Shown here one piece after another: positions 60,339 to 64,000 of a DNA stretch of 64,000 bases (the stretch's first letter is position 1; every line of letters begins with the position of its first letter). Under the pieces are notes generated by a model. It did no database searches. It saw only the letters and a program-made list of their open reading frames with translations, and was not told the origin of the DNA. Made by a program: the position numbers and the translations under genes. This stretch comes from an archaeon (GTDB lineage Archaea > Methanobacteriota_B > Thermococci > Methanofastidiosales > NM3). Location of the stretch: positions 32,001-96,000 of the forward strand of contig RXIG01000002.1 of assembly GCA_004212155.1 (NCBI GenBank), given 5' to 3'.

Positions 60339-60754
60339 GCTTTGAACCACGTATCATCGCGTTCCTGTGCAACTGGTGCTCCTATGGGGCGGCAGACATG
60401 GCAGGCACGTCACGGGTGCAGTACCCATCAAATGTGCGCATCATCAGATTCATGTGCAGCGGCCGCATCGATCCAAACTTTGTCGTCGAGGCATTCCTTC
60501 GCGGCGCCGATGGCGTCATGATGACGGGATGCCACATCGGCGACTGCCATTATATCGACGGCAACTACAAGACCGTCCACCGCTACGAGTTCCTATCACA
60601 CTACCTCGATGTCCTTGGCATCGGAAGCGAGCGGCTCAAGCTGGCGTGGTGTTCAGCGGCTGAGGGCAACAAGTTCGCATCAGAGGTAAAGGAGTTTACC
60701 GATCTCATTCGTGGGCTTGGGCCAAGCCCAATGCGGGGGGATGATGATGAATAA
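60335..60754 (+). CDS. mvhD: MvhD/FlpD [2Fe-2S] subunit
   Basis: CNWCSYGAAD, CSGR, GCHIGDCHY. Confidence 0.93.
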   Translation: MSFEPRIIAFLCNWCSYGAADMAGTSRVQYPSNVRIIRFMCSGRIDPNFVVEAFLRGADGVMMTGCHIGDCHYIDGNYKTVHRYEFLSHYLDVLGIGSERLKLAWCSAAEGNKFASEVKEFTDLIRGLGPSPMRGDDDE

Positions 60755-61901
60755 GCTCTACTGGGGCTGGGCCACCGACGAATCGATGCGCCTCGGTGGC
60801 GAATCGGGTGGATTCGTTACCGCTCTGCTTCGTTCTCTCATTGATGATTATGACGACGTTATCGTCATACGCAAGGTCGGCACCATCTTCGAGGGGTCGG
60901 TCGTCTCGCTCTCGTCTGCCGATGAAACGAAAAGGGTGCAGGGCGCTCTTCACTCAGTGTGCATCGAGCTTTCCCACTATATACGCAAGGGGAGGAGAAC
61001 GGCTATCGTGCTCAAGCCCTGTGATGCGCGCGCAGTGATCGAGAACATCAAGCGCAATCACGTCGACAGGGACGAGGTGCTGCTGATCGGCCTTAACTGC
61101 GGCGGCACGCTGCCGCCGGTGCCCGCGATGAACATGTTGAGCTCACAGTACGACCTCCAACCGGATGACGTCGTGAAGGAGGAGATCGACAAGGGCAATC
61201 TCATATTTACCACGACCGCCGGCGACGAGGTGAGCAAATCAATAGACGACCTCGAGGCAAGCGGCTACGGCCGCCGCGAGAGCTGCAGGTACTGCGATGT
61301 GAAGATCCCCACGATGTGTGACCTTGCATGCGGCAACTGGGGCACGCCCTCGGGAAAGAACATGACGTTTGTCGAGGTGTGCACCACCCATGGCATGGAC
61401 GTGCTCACGAACGCGATCGACGCCGGCGCCGTCGATGTGAAGGAGCCGTCCGAGAAACTGTCGACCATCCGCACGAAGGTCGAAGGGGCCATGAAAAAGC
61501 TTGCACGCACGTGGGACAAGAAACTCCTTGGACGCATGCGAGACATGGGCGAAGCTGAACGCCTCGAACATATCCAGAGGACGCTTGCGCCGTGCATCGG
61601 CTGTTACGGATGCCGAAAGGCGTGCCCCGTCTGTAAGTGCAGCGACGATTGCAAGTGCATGCAGTTCGCGCCAGACGACGTCTACCCCATCTCGTTGTTC
61701 CATTCGATCCGTCTCCTGCATCTCATGGAGTCATGCATCGGGTGCGGCAACTGTACCGATGTCTGCCCCGTCGACATCCCGCTTGCGCACCTGCACCAGC
61801 TGTTTGCGCGGAGCTACGAGTCAAAAACGGGCTACAAGCCAGGCATGTCCGTAGACGACGTCCCCCCGCTCTCACGAGGTGATTTCCCTGAAGGTTATTG
61901 A
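60747..61901 (+). CDS. FdhB-like F420-interacting subunit (FrhB fold plus 2x[4Fe-4S])
   Basis: SGGFVT, KPCD, IGLNCGGT, CRYC, ACGNWG, CIGCYGC...CP, CIGCGNC...CP. Confidence 0.88.
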   Translation: MNKLYWGWATDESMRLGGESGGFVTALLRSLIDDYDDVIVIRKVGTIFEGSVVSLSSADETKRVQGALHSVCIELSHYIRKGRRTAIVLKPCDARAVIENIKRNHVDRDEVLLIGLNCGGTLPPVPAMNMLSSQYDLQPDDVVKEEIDKGNLIFTTTAGDEVSKSIDDLEASGYGRRESCRYCDVKIPTMCDLACGNWGTPSGKNMTFVEVCTTHGMDVLTNAIDAGAVDVKEPSEKLSTIRTKVEGAMKKLARTWDKKLLGRMRDMGEAERLEHIQRTLAPCIGCYGCRKACPVCKCSDDCKCMQFAPDDVYPISLFHSIRLLHLMESCIGCGNCTDVCPVDIPLAHLHQLFARSYESKTGYKPGMSVDDVPPLSRGDFPEGY

Positions 61902-63324
61902 TTCACACTGTCCAGGATGCAGTATATTATGCGGCGTTCACATCATCGAGGATGGGGACACCGTCGATATCGAGTTCATGAAGCATAGCGTCATCAACCA
62001 TGGCAAGCTATGCCGATTCGGAGTGGAGCTTCCCTCCTACTATGCACAGCGCCTTGATACATGCTATGTCAATGGCGTCGAGGCGACATACGATGAGGCC
62101 ATTCACGCGGCTGGTGCCTCCTTTCAGGCATGGTTGAAGGAGCGGGGCCGCAGCGATGGTGTCATCCTTTGCACGGGCGACGCCACCAATGAAGAGCTTC
62201 TCGCCCTCAAGCGCATGGGCGAGACGTTTGATATCAGGCGCGCTTCCGGTATCGGCCATATCGTGTCCACGCTCGGACCCTCATCGATGCAGAAGAAGTT
62301 CGGGTATTTCGAGGTCATCGAGCACGCAAAGAGCATCGTTTTGGTCGACGTCGATCCCTCTGTTCGCTATCCTCTTATCCTGCGCAAGATCCAGATAGCA
62401 CGCGACCAGGGCGCAGAGGTCGTCTCGATCGGCGCAGATAAGGCGCATGTGAGCCACGTGGCAGATACGGTCTATGCAGTGACGCCAGACAAGGTTGCTT
62501 TGACACTTCAGGATATCAAAGACGATTTACCCTCACACACGCTTTTCATTTGCGGCGTGGGGCCCTATTCGGACATGTCTGCCGTGGTGGAGGTAAACAA
62601 CATCTGTGCGGCGACATCGTCTCGCGCCATGTTCCTGAAGGACCACGCCAACTCAGAGGCAACACTCCCCTACGAATTTGACAATATGCGAAAGAGCGTT
62701 GACGAGATCCTTGATGACATCGAGTCCGGACGCATCTCAGCCGTTATGCTCGTCGAGACGCCATACATGGAGACCTACCTCGACGATAAGCGATTCCGTG
62801 CTGCTTGTGAATCGCTCGAACACTTCCTCATCGTCCAGTCACGGCCCCTCTCATCGCCCCCCGGAAACGCGATTGTCATATCCATACCGCCGTTCTACCA
62901 GCGCAAGGGCACGGTCGTCAACATATGCGGCCGTCTTCTTGAGATGGGCGGTGACAAGGAGGGTGCATCGCGCGCATGCAGGGACATCATCACAGCGGCG
63001 GGGCTAAAGGCGCCACTGGACTACGAAGGGATCAATGAAGATGCCATACGCATGCATGAGCGATGGTATTCCCACAAACCGGAGTACCGGCGGGTCCCCC
63101 CACCAGAACGCAACTATCCCACCACACCGTTCCATGTTTATGAGCCGAATCCCTATCTTCTCCGCGCGATGCCGTATCCCGTGGCCAAACGGGCATCTCC
63201 GGAGGTCTATGACACTGCGCGGACAAAGGAGCGCTACGTGAGAAAGGATGCAGTGGCCAAAGGGGTCGTGCTTGCGTATGAACGTGACAAGCGCTACACA
63301 GACACCATCAGCCATTACGAGTGA
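61879..63324 (+). CDS. Degenerate FdhA-like molybdopterin-oxidoreductase-fold protein
   Basis: CPGCSILCG...GKLCRFG Fe-S domain, TNEE, GTVVN..GR; no CARL(C/U)H ligand motif; only 481 aa. Confidence 0.7.
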   Translation: MISLKVIDSHCPGCSILCGVHIIEDGDTVDIEFMKHSVINHGKLCRFGVELPSYYAQRLDTCYVNGVEATYDEAIHAAGASFQAWLKERGRSDGVILCTGDATNEELLALKRMGETFDIRRASGIGHIVSTLGPSSMQKKFGYFEVIEHAKSIVLVDVDPSVRYPLILRKIQIARDQGAEVVSIGADKAHVSHVADTVYAVTPDKVALTLQDIKDDLPSHTLFICGVGPYSDMSAVVEVNNICAATSSRAMFLKDHANSEATLPYEFDNMRKSVDEILDDIESGRISAVMLVETPYMETYLDDKRFRAACESLEHFLIVQSRPLSSPPGNAIVISIPPFYQRKGTVVNICGRLLEMGGDKEGASRACRDIITAAGLKAPLDYEGINEDAIRMHERWYSHKPEYRRVPPPERNYPTTPFHVYEPNPYLLRAMPYPVAKRASPEVYDTARTKERYVRKDAVAKGVVLAYERDKRYTDTISHYE

Positions 63325-63356
63325 GGCCTTCTGCATGGGGCGTCATCATCGGCGCC

Positions 63357-64000
63357 TCATGTGAGGTCGTTTATGAAGAGTTCGAGCATATCGATGCCAG
63401 CGACGATGCGGGGGGCGTGTGTCTCAACGAACTCCTCGCGTTCCTTCTCATTTCTTGGCGCCTGGTTCTCATATGCGTCCATAGCCGCTGCACCGTCGTA
63501 GTCAACGAGTGCGAATCTGGCACCATAATCGGTATCCTCAAGCATGATGTCCTCTCCTGTCACCACGGCAAGGTGGTAGGGGTGCGAGAGGAGCGCATGG
63601 GCCAGCTCGTTTGACGATGTGGCGCCACGTATCATCATCTCCCTGCGATAGGCGTTGAAGTTGACAAACAGGTAGAACGTGCCTTGCGGCTTTGTGGCGT
63701 GGAGATAACCTATCTTGTTTATCCTCCTTGAAGCATACGTGCCGATGATATCGTGAATGGCGCGGGTCACAGAGAAGTAATGGTCGATTTCTTCGCTATG
63801 TTCGTACGCTGCGATGCCCGCGTACTGGATAGGGGTGGAGACGTTCGTGTAGACCGTTGCCGCCACCTTCGCGAACGCACTCTTTACCTTTTCAGGGCAT
63901 GATGAGGGCAGTATGGCGTACCCCAGTCGGTATCCTCCTGCCGACCGGTCCTTAGATATGCCGTTTGTGATGAATGTCCCTTCAGGGTATATGGCGCCCA
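63357..64000 (-). CDS. PLP-dependent aminotransferase class I/II (3' part; runs off window end)
   Basis: Manual translation NGISKDRSAGGYRLGY (PLP lysine), PQGTFYLF. Confidence 0.85.
   Translation of the reverse strand, partial: GAIYPEGTFITNGISKDRSAGGYRLGYAILPSSCPEKVKSAFAKVAATVYTNVSTPIQYAGIAAYEHSEEIDHYFSVTRAIHDIIGTYASRRINKIGYLHATKPQGTFYLFVNFNAYRREMMIRGATSSNELAHALLSHPYHLAVVTGEDIMLEDTDYGARFALVDYDGAAAMDAYENQAPRNEKEREEFVETHAPRIVAGIDMLELFINDLT

Noticed and set aside
56106-63324. Selenocysteine recoding in HdrA, MvhD or FdhA-like
   Set aside because: All frames are open without internal TGA; Cys versions are present.

Overview
Gene-dense, GC-rich chromosomal segment of an anaerobic euryarchaeon. 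Unsplit RpoB, a Thermococcales-like 5S rRNA linked to tRNA-Asp, an RPA14-type subunit and FAU-1, together with gyrB and Hdr, suggest a Thermococci-related lineage such as Methanofastidiosia/Theionarchaea (inference). Most of the window is housekeeping: a Zn/Mn ABC transporter with NikR-like regulator, RecJ/GAN, 5S rRNA and three tRNAs, the rpoH-B-A'-A''-L30e-nusA-S12-S7-EF2 cluster, nadC, deoC, GAPDH, gyrB, nth, tRNA-modification genes, the tfs-rpa-pcna-gins-L44e-S27e-aIF2a-nop10-PAC2 cluster and an hdrCBA-mvhD-fdhB-fdhA-like operon. I found no CRISPR array, transposase or integrase. The most notable observations are: (1) a CRISPR-independent tandem pair of Cas4-like proteins, one intact and one catalytically degenerate but keeping its Fe-S cysteines, ending an operon with an AglB-like GT-C protein and a DUF373/beta-propeller fusion; (2) a TPR protein with an apparently inactive Rpn11/JAMM-like MPN domain, coupled to a minimal PHP phosphoesterase; (3) an Hdr operon with FdhB plus an FdhA-like subunit lacking the Mo ligand (Elp-like F420H2 input); (4) a 5S rRNA with a shortened helix IV; (5) an orphan type IIG-like methyltransferase behind tRNA-Val. 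All calls come from reading motifs by eye; no searches were run.
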